From positions 1-64,000 of the forward strand of contig CAWAMW010000007.1 in NCBI GenBank assembly GCA_963783305.1: 64,000 nt of DNA, read 5' to 3'. The notes beneath the pieces were generated by a model. It was not told the origin of the DNA, ran no database searches, and saw only the letters and a list, made by a program, of their open reading frames with translations. The position numbers and the translations under genes were made by a program. This document shows positions 54,931 to 64,000 of this stretch, in pieces; the first letter of the stretch is position 1, and each line of letters begins with the position of its first letter. The DNA is from an uncultured Gemmatimonadales bacterium. GTDB lineage: Bacteria > Gemmatimonadota > Gemmatimonadetes > Longimicrobiales > RSA9.

Positions 54931-56385
54931 CTACCCGCGGACGGGTCGCAGCAACGGCGCCGCCCGACGCGCGGTGTCCGCCCGGTCCACCTTTCCGGTG
55001 GCGTTCACCGGTAGGGCCTCGAGTACGGCGATTCGCCGGGGGACCTTGAACGGAGCGAGCACCTCCCGCAGCCCGGCGACACGGTCGTCCAGCGACTCCG
55101 GCCGCTCGGCCGCCTCTCCCGACGCGTCGCCCGCCGCCTCCTCGCCCACCGTCACCGCCGCGCAGACGACCTCGCCCCACTCCTCGTCGGGGACGCCGAA
55201 GACGCACGCCTGCCGCACGCCCGGCAGGCGCTCCAGGGCCTGCTCGACCTCCACGGGGTCCACGTTCTCCCCGCCCGTTATGATCCGGTCACCGCGGCGG
55301 CCGAGGACGTGGAGGTTGCCCCGGTGGTCCAGGCGGCCGCGGTCGCCGGTGGCGAGCCAGCCGCCCTCGAGGAGCGGGTCCACCGCGCGGGCGGCGCCGG
55401 TGTCGTCGGGAACGAGGTAGCGGGAGAGGAGGGTGGGTCCGCGAACGAGAATGGCGTCGTCGTCGATCCGGATCTCGGTCCCGGGGAGCGGTGGGCCGGA
55501 GCCGCGCTCGCCGCGCTGGGTGGTGCCGTACGGCTGGGTCGTGACCTGGGAGCAGGCTTCGGTGAGGCCGTAGGTGGTGAGGATGGGCCAGCCGTCATCG
55601 GCGGCGCGTTCGAGGAGGGCGGGGGAGGAGGCGGCGCCGCCCAGGAGCACCGCGCGGAGGTGGTCGGGTGGCGGCGCGGGCGGGTCGAGGTCGAGGATCC
55701 GCTTGAGCACGGTCGGCACGAGCGAGAGGAGCGTGACCCGGTGGCGCCGGACGGAGTCCAGGAGGGTGCGGGGGTCCGTGCCGGGCGCCAGCACCACGGC
55801 GCGCCGGGCCAGCAGGCACCGCGTCACGATGGAGAGCCCGCCGACGTGCCCGACGGGGAGCGGCAGCAGCCATCGGTCGTCATCGTGCCAGCGGAGGTTG
55901 GCCGCGCTGGCGCGGGCGGACGCGGCGAACGCGCGCCGCGACAGGACCACGCCCTTGGGCCGCCCGCTCGTGCCCGACGTCTGCACGATGGCCAGCGGCC
56001 GCTCGTCATCGGGCGGCGGCGCGGGGTCCGGCGCCCGGTCCGCCGCGGTCTCCGCCCGGTCCACCACAATCTCCGCCCGGTCCACCACCCCCGCGGGCGC
56101 GACGGCGGCCACGACCGCGTCGCGCTCGGCGGCCGTCAGCCGCGGGTGCAGGAGGAGGACCGGAGTGCCGAGCGCGATGAGCGCGTGAAGAGTCTCGATC
56201 GTCGCCAGGTCGTTGTGGGCGAGGAGCGCGACGGGCGCATCCCCGGCGAGCCCACACGACCGGAGCCAGCCGACGACCGGTCTCACGCGCTCGGCGAGGT
56301 CGGTGAACGTGAGGGTCTGATGGTCGGTGACGAGCGCGACCCGTTCGGGGGAGTCGGCGGCGGCCGCGAACACCGACAGCGACAC
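54931..56385 (-). CDS. menE: o-succinylbenzoate-CoA ligase
   Basis: TSGTSGRPKG, HVGG, SLVPT, TYGLTEACSQ, TGD, GGENV, ATGK; operon context. Confidence 0.9.
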   Translation of the reverse strand: MSLSVFAAAADSPERVALVTDHQTLTFTDLAERVRPVVGWLRSCGLAGDAPVALLAHNDLATIETLHALIALGTPVLLLHPRLTAAERDAVVAAVAPAGVVDRAEIVVDRAETAADRAPDPAPPPDDERPLAIVQTSGTSGRPKGVVLSRRAFAASARASAANLRWHDDDRWLLPLPVGHVGGLSIVTRCLLARRAVVLAPGTDPRTLLDSVRRHRVTLLSLVPTVLKRILDLDPPAPPPDHLRAVLLGGAASSPALLERAADDGWPILTTYGLTEACSQVTTQPYGTTQRGERGSGPPLPGTEIRIDDDAILVRGPTLLSRYLVPDDTGAARAVDPLLEGGWLATGDRGRLDHRGNLHVLGRRGDRIITGGENVDPVEVEQALERLPGVRQACVFGVPDEEWGEVVCAAVTVGEEAAGDASGEAAERPESLDDRVAGLREVLAPFKVPRRIAVLEALPVNATGKVDRADTARRAAPLLRPVRG

Positions 56386-56386
56386 G

Positions 56387-57328
56387 TCAGGCCCCCAGCG
56401 CTATTCCCAGGGCGAACAGCGCGCCGAACACCACGCCCAGCAGGGCCGTGCGTCCCAGCGTAGGGTTGAGCGCCCGGCCGCGGTCGCGGTGCACGCTTCG
56501 GAGGAGTGGGAGTGCGGCCGGGAGCGTGAGGAGCGGGAGCAGCACCCAGGCGGAGAGGCGGTGGGTGAGGAAGAGGATGGGCGGGACCGCGTAGGCAGCC
56601 AGCAGAAGCAGTGCGTATTCCACCACGACCGCTCGTCGGCCGAAGCGCACGGCCAGGGTGCGCTTGCCGGCCACCTCGTCGGTCTCGATGTCCCGCACGT
56701 TGTTCACCACCAGGATCGCCGTCACGAGGGTACCGACGGGTACGGCGGCGATCCACGCCAGCACCGGGACCGCGCCCACCTGCACGAACGCGGTCCCGCA
56801 GACGGCCACCAGGCCGAAGAAGATGAACACCGCGATGTCGCCCAGACCGTTGTAGCCCAGGGGGTACGGCCCGCCCGTGTAGGCGATGGCCGCCGCGATG
56901 GAGAGGAGCCCGATGGCCACGATCACCCAGCCCGCGACCCAGACCAGGTAGACGCCCACCAGCAGCGCCAGGAGGAACGTCAGCGCCGTCGCCCGCCGGA
57001 CCGCGGCTGGAGCGAGCAGTCCCGATTGCACCACCCTCGTGGGGCCGAGTCGGTGCTCGGTGTCGGCACCCTTCTCATAGTCGAACAGGTCGTTCGACAG
57101 GTTGGCGCCCACCTGCAGGAGGAGCGCGCCAAGCAGCGCCGCGAGCGCCGGGCCCCAGCGGAACCCGCCGGCGGCGAACGCGGCGGCCGTGCCCACCACC
57201 ACGGGGGTCACCGCCGCAGGGAGCGTGGCCGGCCGAATGGCCATGACCCAGCGGCGCACGGTGCCCGGCGCGGGCGTCGCGGCGCCCGGCGCCCCGGCGA
57301 CGGAACCCGCGGTGGAACGCGCGCTCAC
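56387..57328 (-). CDS. menA: DHNA polyprenyltransferase
   Basis: [40 protein letters not shown]. Confidence 0.94.
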   Translation of the reverse strand: MSARSTAGSVAGAPGAATPAPGTVRRWVMAIRPATLPAAVTPVVVGTAAAFAAGGFRWGPALAALLGALLLQVGANLSNDLFDYEKGADTEHRLGPTRVVQSGLLAPAAVRRATALTFLLALLVGVYLVWVAGWVIVAIGLLSIAAAIAYTGGPYPLGYNGLGDIAVFIFFGLVAVCGTAFVQVGAVPVLAWIAAVPVGTLVTAILVVNNVRDIETDEVAGKRTLAVRFGRRAVVVEYALLLLAAYAVPPILFLTHRLSAWVLLPLLTLPAALPLLRSVHRDRGRALNPTLGRTALLGVVFGALFALGIALGA

Positions 57329-57341
57329 GCCGCGCTCTTCG

Positions 57342-58202
57342 TCAGGGATAGCGCGGGAACTTGTTGAACTCGGGCTTCCGCTTCTCCAGGAACGCGTTCC
57401 TGCCTTCCTGTCCCTCCTCGGTGAGATAGAAGAGGAGAGTGGCGTCGCCAGCGAGCTGCTGGAGCCCGGCCTGTCCGTCCTCGTCGGCGTTCATGCCGGC
57501 CTTGATCAGGCGGATGGCCATGGGGCTGTTCTGGAGGATCTCCCGGGCCCACTGCACCGACTCCTCCTCCATCTTCGCGTAGGGGACGACGGCGTTCACG
57601 AGCCCCATTTCCAGCGCCTCGTCCGCGGTGTACTGACGGCACAGGAACCAGATCTCCCGCGCCTTCTTCTGGCCGACGATGCGCGCCATGTGCGACGACC
57701 CGTAGCCGCCATCGAAGCTCCCGACCTTCGGACCGGTCTGGCCGAAGATGGCGTTGTCGGCGGCGATGGTGAGGTCGCAGATCATGTGCAGGATGTGCCC
57801 GCCGCCCACGGCGTACCCCGCCACCATGGCGATCACCGGCTTCGGCAGCGTCCGGATCTGCCGCTGCAGGTCCAGCACGTTCAGGCGCGGGATCTTGTCC
57901 GTCCCCACGTACCCGCCCGTGCCCCGGACGCTCTGGTCGCCGCCCGAGCAGAACGCCTTCTCCCCCTGACCCGTGAGCAGCACGACGCCGATGCCACCAT
58001 CGTCCCGGGCGTCATCGAACGCCCGCTTCATCTCGTCGACGGTGAGCGGTGTGAACGCGTTCCGCTTTTCGGGGCGGTTGATGGTGATCTTGGCGATCCC
58101 CTCGTCCGCCTTCTCGTAGATGATCTCCTCGAACCCGAACTCCTCCTGGACCTTCCAGTCGGCGGGGCCCGTACGGTCGACTTCGACGGTGGTGATGCTC
58201 AT
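57342..58202 (-). CDS. menB: DHNA-CoA (naphthoate) synthase
   Basis: [38 protein letters not shown]. Confidence 0.97.
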   Translation of the reverse strand: MSITTVEVDRTGPADWKVQEEFGFEEIIYEKADEGIAKITINRPEKRNAFTPLTVDEMKRAFDDARDDGGIGVVLLTGQGEKAFCSGGDQSVRGTGGYVGTDKIPRLNVLDLQRQIRTLPKPVIAMVAGYAVGGGHILHMICDLTIAADNAIFGQTGPKVGSFDGGYGSSHMARIVGQKKAREIWFLCRQYTADEALEMGLVNAVVPYAKMEEESVQWAREILQNSPMAIRLIKAGMNADEDGQAGLQQLAGDATLLFYLTEEGQEGRNAFLEKRKPEFNKFPRYP

Positions 58203-58966
58203 GCGCTCATGTCCTCTCGTAGCAACTCTGCGATTTCCAGTGGGTGCTCCAGCACCAGGTTGTGTCCCGCATCGGCGACGACGGTGACGGTCGCCCGCGG
58301 CAGCCGCTCCGCCATCTCCGCGGCCAGTCCGCGGAACTTGGCGTCGCGCTCGCCCACGATGATGCGGACCGGCAGGTCGATCTCGGGCAGACGCGGCCGG
58401 TAGTCCGGCATCCGGGCCAGCCCCACCGACCGCAGTGAACGGGCCAGCCCGGTCGCGTCGTGCGCGTGGCGGATCCGGCGCTGATGCGCGACGGCCTCCT
58501 CCGGGAGCCGGGCCTGGGAGGCGAAGAGCGGCAGCGACTCCCAGGCGGCGACGAAGCTATCCAGACCCTCATCGTCCAGCAACCGCGCCCACTCCTCGTC
58601 CCATTGTGCCCGGGCAGCCCGCTCCCCGGAGTCGCCGAGGCCCGGGCTCGCGCCGATGAGCGTTGCGGAGCGGAACAGATCGGGGTGCCGGATCAGGAGC
58701 CCGAGCGCCAGCCGCCCACCCATGGAGTAGCCCGCCAGGTGCGACCCCTCGAAGCCCGACTCCCGAACCCGCTCCGCGAGCCGGTCCAGCTCGGCGTTCC
58801 AGTCCGACGCCTCCGCCTTCGCCTGTCCCGCTGCCGCACCGTGGCCCAGCGCGGCCGGCGCCAGCACCGCGGGCGGCGCCCCGGCCCGGGCCAGCGCATC
58901 CACCACCGGGTCCCACGACCGGGGGGAGCCGGTGAAGCCGTGGAGCAGGACCAGCGACCGCGTCAC
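58199..58966 (-). CDS. menH: SHCHC synthase (alpha/beta hydrolase)
   Basis: LHGFTG, GYSMGGR, ASPGL, GERDAKF, AGHN. Confidence 0.9.
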   Translation of the reverse strand: MTRSLVLLHGFTGSPRSWDPVVDALARAGAPPAVLAPAALGHGAAAGQAKAEASDWNAELDRLAERVRESGFEGSHLAGYSMGGRLALGLLIRHPDLFRSATLIGASPGLGDSGERAARAQWDEEWARLLDDEGLDSFVAAWESLPLFASQARLPEEAVAHQRRIRHAHDATGLARSLRSVGLARMPDYRPRLPEIDLPVRIIVGERDAKFRGLAAEMAERLPRATVTVVADAGHNLVLEHPLEIAELLREDMSA

Positions 58967-60768
58967 GGCCGGAGCTCGGCTTCGAGCCGACGCCGGACCT
59001 CCCGCTGGTGCTCCGTGGTCCCCCCCGCCGGGATGATGACCTCCAGCACGCCGCCCGTCTCCCGCAGCTCCTCCTGAGCGGCGGCGAGCGATCCCGCATC
59101 ATGGGCGCGGGCGAAGGGCAGCCCGAACGCGGCGGCGGCCGCGCCGAAGTCCACCCCGGGCGGCGTCAGCCACGCGGCGTGGGCATCCGGGTGGGCGGCC
59201 AGTGTATCGGCCAGCGGCAGACGCTCGAAGATGCGCCCGCCCCCGTTGTTCAGCACCACGACCGTTAGGGGGGCGGGGAGGTCGCCAGCGCTGGCGAGGC
59301 CGCCAATGTCGTGCGTGAAGCTGACGTCGCCCAGCAGCAGCGTCGTGGGCCGGCCCGTCGCTGTGGCGGCCCCCGCCGCGCCCGAGATGAGGCCATCGAT
59401 CCCGTTGGCGCCGCGCTGGAACCACACCCCGAGGCCGCGATCGCCCGCGGGCACGAACGTGTCCACTTCCCGGATCGGCAGGCTGTTGCCCAGCGCCAGC
59501 ACGGCGCCCCGGGGCAGCCCGTCCACCACCGCCCGCACCGCGGCGCCCTCGGAGAACCCATCGGCGAGGGCGTTCTCGATGATCGACCGGGCGCGGCCGC
59601 TCCGCTGACGGAGCTCGTCCTTCCACGAGGTCCGGTCGGCCGCGGCGTCGCTGCTTTCGGCCCCGATGGCCCGGCCGCCGCCCTCGAGCTCACGGACCAG
59701 CGCCCGGAGTGTTTCCTCTACCGCCCCGTGAATGACGGCCGTGGCCGTGCCCGACGGGTCCGGCCAGCCGTGCGCGGCGAGGATGTAGCGGTCGGTCCCG
59801 GTCCAGCGGTCCACCGCCGCGTGCCAGGCGGACGCGGTGGGTGGGCGCCCGACCTGGAGGACGAGATCCGGCGCCAGCGCCTCCACGAGTGCCGGCACCT
59901 CCAGCAGCGATCCGAAGGCGTCCATGAGCGCACTCGCCTCCAGGCCGCCGAACGGAAGCTGGCTGGCGGCCTCGGCGGCCACCGGGAACCCTGTCGCTCG
60001 CGCGACTTCGGCGATGGTCTCCGGCGTCACCGCCTCGGGCGGCGTGGCCGGGCCGCACACAATCAGGCCCCGGCGCGCGTCCCTGCACGCGACCGCCAGG
60101 GCGTGGACTGCGTCGGTGTCGGGTGGGGCCGCGCCGGGGCGCGCGCCGGCCGGCACTCGATCCAGGAGGCTGTCCACCGCGGCCCGCAGCGTCCGCTCCG
60201 GTTCCGTGCCCGGTTCCACGGGGTCCAGCGGTTTCCGGGCGCGGGCGTTCAGGTGCACGGGTCCTGGCACCGGCGAACGCGACGCGAGCACCGCCTGCGC
60301 GGCGATCCGCGGGATCGCCCGGAGCACGCGGGGGTCCGGGTCGGGGGTCCCCAGGTCGAAGTAGGCCCGGGCGAAGTCGCCGAACATCTTCACCTGGTCG
60401 ATGGTCTGGGGCGCGGCGGCCGCCTGGAGCTCGAGGGGCCGGTCGGCGGTGAGGACCAGGAGCGGGATCGCGCTCTCGGCGGCCTCTACCAGGGCGGGGA
60501 AATAGTTGGCGGCCGCGCTCCCGGAGGTGCACACCAGGAGGACGGGTCGGCCGGTCATGCGGGCGTGGCCCAGGGCGAAGAACGCAGCGGAACGCTCGTC
60601 GATCAGCGTCCGGCAGCGGAGCCCCGGCTCCCGAAGCGCGGCCCAGGTGAAGGGCGTGGAGCGGGAGCCCGGGCTCAGGACCACGTCGCGCAGCCCTGCC
60701 GCACGGAGGCTCCCCAGCAGGAGCCGCGCCCACTCGGTGAGGAGCGTCGCCGGGGGCGTCACTCCCAC
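58963..60768 (-). CDS. menD: SEPHCHC synthase
   Basis: SPGSRSTP, DERSAAF, CTSGSA, TADRP, QTIDQ, RGANGIDG, GDVSFTHD, NNGGGRIF. Confidence 0.95.
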   Translation of the reverse strand: MGVTPPATLLTEWARLLLGSLRAAGLRDVVLSPGSRSTPFTWAALREPGLRCRTLIDERSAAFFALGHARMTGRPVLLVCTSGSAAANYFPALVEAAESAIPLLVLTADRPLELQAAAAPQTIDQVKMFGDFARAYFDLGTPDPDPRVLRAIPRIAAQAVLASRSPVPGPVHLNARARKPLDPVEPGTEPERTLRAAVDSLLDRVPAGARPGAAPPDTDAVHALAVACRDARRGLIVCGPATPPEAVTPETIAEVARATGFPVAAEAASQLPFGGLEASALMDAFGSLLEVPALVEALAPDLVLQVGRPPTASAWHAAVDRWTGTDRYILAAHGWPDPSGTATAVIHGAVEETLRALVRELEGGGRAIGAESSDAAADRTSWKDELRQRSGRARSIIENALADGFSEGAAVRAVVDGLPRGAVLALGNSLPIREVDTFVPAGDRGLGVWFQRGANGIDGLISGAAGAATATGRPTTLLLGDVSFTHDIGGLASAGDLPAPLTVVVLNNGGGRIFERLPLADTLAAHPDAHAAWLTPPGVDFGAAAAAFGLPFARAHDAGSLAAAQEELRETGGVLEVIIPAGGTTEHQREVRRRLEAELRP

Positions 60769-60772
60769 CTCG

Positions 60773-62182
60773 TCACGCCGACTCCAGCGCGTCCATCATG
60801 GTCCGCAGCTTGACTTCGGTCTCCTCGTACTCGGCGGCGGCATCGGAGCCCGCCACGATACCGGCGCCGGCGAACAGGTGCGCCCGGCCGTCGTGGATCA
60901 GCGCGGAGCGCAGCGCGACGCCGAACTCCCCATCACCCCGGTCGTCGAACCAGCCCACGGGGGCCGCGTACCACCCCCTCGACCCCGACTCCTCCCGGTC
61001 GATCCACTCCAGCGCCTCCGACCGCGGCCAGCCGCCTACCGCGGGGGTGGGGTGCATCCGCTCCACCAGGTCCAGGACGTGGACCGCGCTCCGCAGCCGC
61101 CCCACGAACGGCGTCTGGAGGTGCAGCACGTGCCGCAGCCGCTGGACCCGCGGCTCGGCCGGATATTCCAGGAGGTCGCAGAGCGGCTCCAGAGCGTCCA
61201 CGATCGCGCGCACCACGTAGTCGTGCTCGACCTCCTCCTTCAGGCTCTTCAGGAGTCGCTCCTCCCGCTCCGGCGAGTCGGCCGAGACCGATCCTGCCAG
61301 CGCCTCCGTACGCACCTCGTCCCCGAAACGCCCCACGAGCCGCTCCGGGGTGGCTCCCAGGAAGATGTCGCCACCCATCAGGAAAGCGAAACGCGCGGCC
61401 GTGGACGACTCGAGCTTCAGCCGCCGAAGCATTCCCACCACGTCCGGATCCCGCGATACCGCCACGTCGCGGCTCCGCGCCGCGACGATCTTCTCCGCCT
61501 GCCCCGCGGCGATCCGCTCCTGGATGGACTCCACCGCCCGCGCCCACGCCTCGCGGTCCTGGGGATGCGGCCGAGCCGACGCTCCGCCGCTCCGGCTCCC
61601 CGCCGACGCCGCGTCCTCCCGCAGCTCGCGCTCGCGCGGGTCGTCGGGCGCGTTCAGCTCCCCCAGGACCTCGCGGACGTCCTCGGCGATCTCCGCCGCG
61701 CCGCGTCCGTGGAGCTCGTCGTGGGCGACCGCGATCGACACGAGGGCGCGCTCTCCATCGAGCGTGTAGAGGAGGCGGGGAAGGATGAACGTGGCGTCGC
61801 CGAACGCGCGCCAGTGGCCGGTCGGCGACCCGGGCAGGAAGGACAGCCCACCGAAGAGGCGCGGCCGCAGCTCCGGGGCGTCCGGGTGGGTGATGCGGTC
61901 AATGCGCGGCCAGAGCGATGCGGCCCCTTCGCGAATATCGCGGAACCGATCCGCGCCGGTCGCCGCGAGCGTGTGCGCGGACCCGAGCCCGGTCTGGATG
62001 GGAGCGCCCGGCGTCGTCCAGAAGACCGCCGGCTCAGCGCGCCGCACCAGCCGCTCCGGCGCGCCCGCCGGGGCAGGAACGGTGATCATCGTGATCCGGT
62101 CGCGCCCCGCGTCCGCCCCCGCCCCCTCCTCGGCGACCCGCTGGAGCGTGGCCTCGATGAACCGGGCCGCGGCCGCGGTCAT
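60773..62182 (-). CDS. menF: Isochorismate synthase
   Basis: KIVAAR, FLGATPERL, ALAGS, KEEVEH, HPTPAVGG, ALRS, FAGAGIV; ATG62182 overlaps the menG stop. Confidence 0.92.
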   Translation of the reverse strand: MTAAAARFIEATLQRVAEEGAGADAGRDRITMITVPAPAGAPERLVRRAEPAVFWTTPGAPIQTGLGSAHTLAATGADRFRDIREGAASLWPRIDRITHPDAPELRPRLFGGLSFLPGSPTGHWRAFGDATFILPRLLYTLDGERALVSIAVAHDELHGRGAAEIAEDVREVLGELNAPDDPRERELREDAASAGSRSGGASARPHPQDREAWARAVESIQERIAAGQAEKIVAARSRDVAVSRDPDVVGMLRRLKLESSTAARFAFLMGGDIFLGATPERLVGRFGDEVRTEALAGSVSADSPEREERLLKSLKEEVEHDYVVRAIVDALEPLCDLLEYPAEPRVQRLRHVLHLQTPFVGRLRSAVHVLDLVERMHPTPAVGGWPRSEALEWIDREESGSRGWYAAPVGWFDDRGDGEFGVALRSALIHDGRAHLFAGAGIVAGSDAAAEYEETEVKLRTMMDALESA

Positions 62183-62895
62183 GGACGCGGCCGCTCGGCG
62201 ACGTAGAGGTGGCAGACGCCCAGGATCATCCGCTCGATCCGCACCATCTCGAGACCCGCCTCCTCCATGGTCCTGGCGAACTCTTCGGCGGGCGGGAAGG
62301 CCGCGATCGACTGCTGGAGGTAGCCGTACTCGCGGGCGCCGGACAGGAGCCCGCCGATCCATGGCACGAGCCGGTGGACGTGGAACCGGGCGATGCGGCT
62401 GATGAGCCCCCCCCGGGGCTCCGAGAGCTCGAGCACCGCCACACGGCCCCCCGGTCGCGTCACTCGCCGCATTTCCCGCAGCGCGCGCGGCCGGTCCGGC
62501 ACGTTCCGGATTCCGAACGCGATGGTTACGCCGTCGAAGCTGTCCTCGGGGAAGGGGAGCTTCTGGGCGTCGCCCGTGATGAGCTCCACGCGGTCGTCGA
62601 GGTGGGCCCGGGCGGTCTTCTCCCGTCCGACCGCAAGCATCCGCTCGGCGGGGTCCAGTCCAACCACGCGGACGGCTGGTCCCTGCCGGGCGATGAGGAG
62701 GGCCAGGTCGGCGGTCCCCGTAGCCAGGTCGAGCACCCGGGAGGGGCCATCCAGCGCCAGCGCGCGCACGGTGCGGCGGCGCCAGCGCTGGTCGATGCCC
62801 AGCGACAGGACGCGATTCAGCAGGTCGTATCGGTGGGCGATCCGGTCGAACATCTCGCCGGACCCCGCCCGCGGCTCCGGCCGCTCCGGCGTCAC
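62179..62895 (-). CDS. menG: Demethylmenaquinone methyltransferase (UbiE/MenG)
   Basis: [37 protein letters not shown]62895 overlaps the aroF stop. Confidence 0.93.
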   Translation of the reverse strand: MTPERPEPRAGSGEMFDRIAHRYDLLNRVLSLGIDQRWRRRTVRALALDGPSRVLDLATGTADLALLIARQGPAVRVVGLDPAERMLAVGREKTARAHLDDRVELITGDAQKLPFPEDSFDGVTIAFGIRNVPDRPRALREMRRVTRPGGRVAVLELSEPRGGLISRIARFHVHRLVPWIGGLLSGAREYGYLQQSIAAFPPAEEFARTMEEAGLEMVRIERMILGVCHLYVAERPRP

Positions 62896-63872
62896 GATCG
62901 GGTCCCGCCGAGCACGGCCGTAGCCAGCTCGGCGAAATCGTCGAGCGGAAGCGCCTGCGAGGCGTCGCTCAATGCGCTCCCGGGGGTGGGGTGTGTCTCC
63001 ACCATGACGCCGGCGGCGCCCGCGGCGATGGCGGCGCGGCTCAGCGGCAGCAGCAGGTCGCGGCGGCCGGTAGCATGAGACGGGTCCACAATGACAGGCA
63101 GCCCGTAAACGCCCGCGAGCAGCGCTACGGCGCCCAGGTCCAGCAGGTTCCGGGTGCTGGGGTCGAAGCTGCGGATCCCGCGTTCGCAGAAGACCACGCC
63201 GCTCGCGCCATGATTCAGACAGTACTCCCCCGCCAGCAGCCACTCCTCGATCGTGGCGGCCATTCCGCGCTTGAGCAGGATCGGCCGCCCCTGCTCGGCG
63301 GCCGCCGCGAGCAGGACGGAATTGTGCATGTTCCGGGACCCGATCTGGATCATGTCGGCCTCACGCCCGAGCCGCTCCGCCTGATCGGCGCCCAGCAGTT
63401 CCGTCACCACCTTCAGCCCCGCCGCATCGGCCGCCTCGCGCATCCACGTGAGCGCGCTCGCGCCCCGCCCCTGGAACGCATATGGCGACGTGCGCGTCTT
63501 GAACGCGCCGCCCCGCAGGAACGTCACGCCCAGCTCGCCCAGCCGCGTCGCCACCGTGTGGATCTGCTCCTCGGACTCCACGCTGCACGGGCCCGCCATG
63601 AGGACCGGGGCGCCGGCGCCGTCGATGGTCACGCCCGACACGTCCACGGCCGCGCCCTGCGCGTCCACGAGCGGATGCGGCGAGGCTTCCGCGGTCACGG
63701 TCCCCACCCCGTCGATCGATCGGAGCGCCGCAATGGCCACGCGCGCCGAGCCCGGTTCCACGTAGTACTGCACCCGGCCGCCGGCCTCCAGGCGCCGGAA
63801 CCAGAGCCCCAGCCCGGCCAGCTCCCGCTGCACCGCCGCCGGCTCCGCTTCCGGTGTGAGTGTGACGATCAG
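62892..63872 (-). CDS. aroF: DAHP synthase type I-beta with N-terminal ferredoxin-like regulatory domain
   Basis: [43 protein letters not shown]; proposed CTG start at 63872, first canonical start is GTG63833. Confidence 0.9.
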   Translation of the reverse strand: MIVTLTPEAEPAAVQRELAGLGLWFRRLEAGGRVQYYVEPGSARVAIAALRSIDGVGTVTAEASPHPLVDAQGAAVDVSGVTIDGAGAPVLMAGPCSVESEEQIHTVATRLGELGVTFLRGGAFKTRTSPYAFQGRGASALTWMREAADAAGLKVVTELLGADQAERLGREADMIQIGSRNMHNSVLLAAAAEQGRPILLKRGMAATIEEWLLAGEYCLNHGASGVVFCERGIRSFDPSTRNLLDLGAVALLAGVYGLPVIVDPSHATGRRDLLLPLSRAAIAAGAAGVMVETHPTPGSALSDASQALPLDDFAELATAVLGGTRS

Positions 63873-63929
63873 TTTCGGCCTCTTTCCCCTCGTGCTCGCG
63901 CCGCGGTCGCTCCGCGGGGCGCGTGGCGA

Positions 63930-63957
63930 AACGTACCATAGAGAGGGGTCGCGTCAA
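63930..63957 (-). promoter_or_regulatory. Sigma70-type promoter for the aroF-men operon
   Basis: Minus strand TTGACG-N16-TACGTT with a TG extended -10. Confidence 0.55.
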
Positions 63958-64000
63958 CCCCGCCGCCCGCGCCTCGCGCTGGCGCGGCGGCCCCCCTATG

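Noticed and set aside
56030..56090. 21-nt tandem duplication in menE (VDRAEIV-VDRAETA-ADRA), with a similar one at about 24840-24885
   Set aside because: In-frame linker slippage with no sign of function

Overview
A very GC-rich bacterial chromosomal segment. Gene content suggests Gemmatimonadota, but that is inference only. From left to right: several small exported or membrane hypotheticals, a TonB-C protein and a YpfJ-type metallopeptidase; a nine-unit mini-hairpin repeat array; treY-treZ; a Ca/Na antiporter; an SDR; a PAP2-GT4-GT4-flippase glycolipid module; and a caa3-like oxidase operon. Its subunit I+III gene has a +1 frameshift and non-canonical proton-channel residues. Next come mtgA, a cytochrome c, a 1563-aa acyl-CoA-ligase/kinase-like/GNAT fusion, secreted hydrolases and an MltA-metallophosphoesterase fusion. 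tRNA-Ser(TGA) is followed by an apparently decayed island with arm-like repeats, pseudogene fragments, a haloperoxidase-like enzyme plus HxlR regulator, CDF, OMP, PEP-CTERM protein and L,D-transpeptidase. The right end holds an NSAR/OSBS-M20-GNAT operon facing a D-aminoacylase/serine-hydrolase fusion, an S10 peptidase, a pseudo-receiver, a thioesterase and a candidate structured ncRNA. It ends with a classical menaquinone operon (aroF-menG-menF-menD-menH-menB-menA-menE) that lacks its own menC. No CRISPR array, rRNA or intact transposase/integrase was seen. All family calls are by motif recognition; no searches were run.
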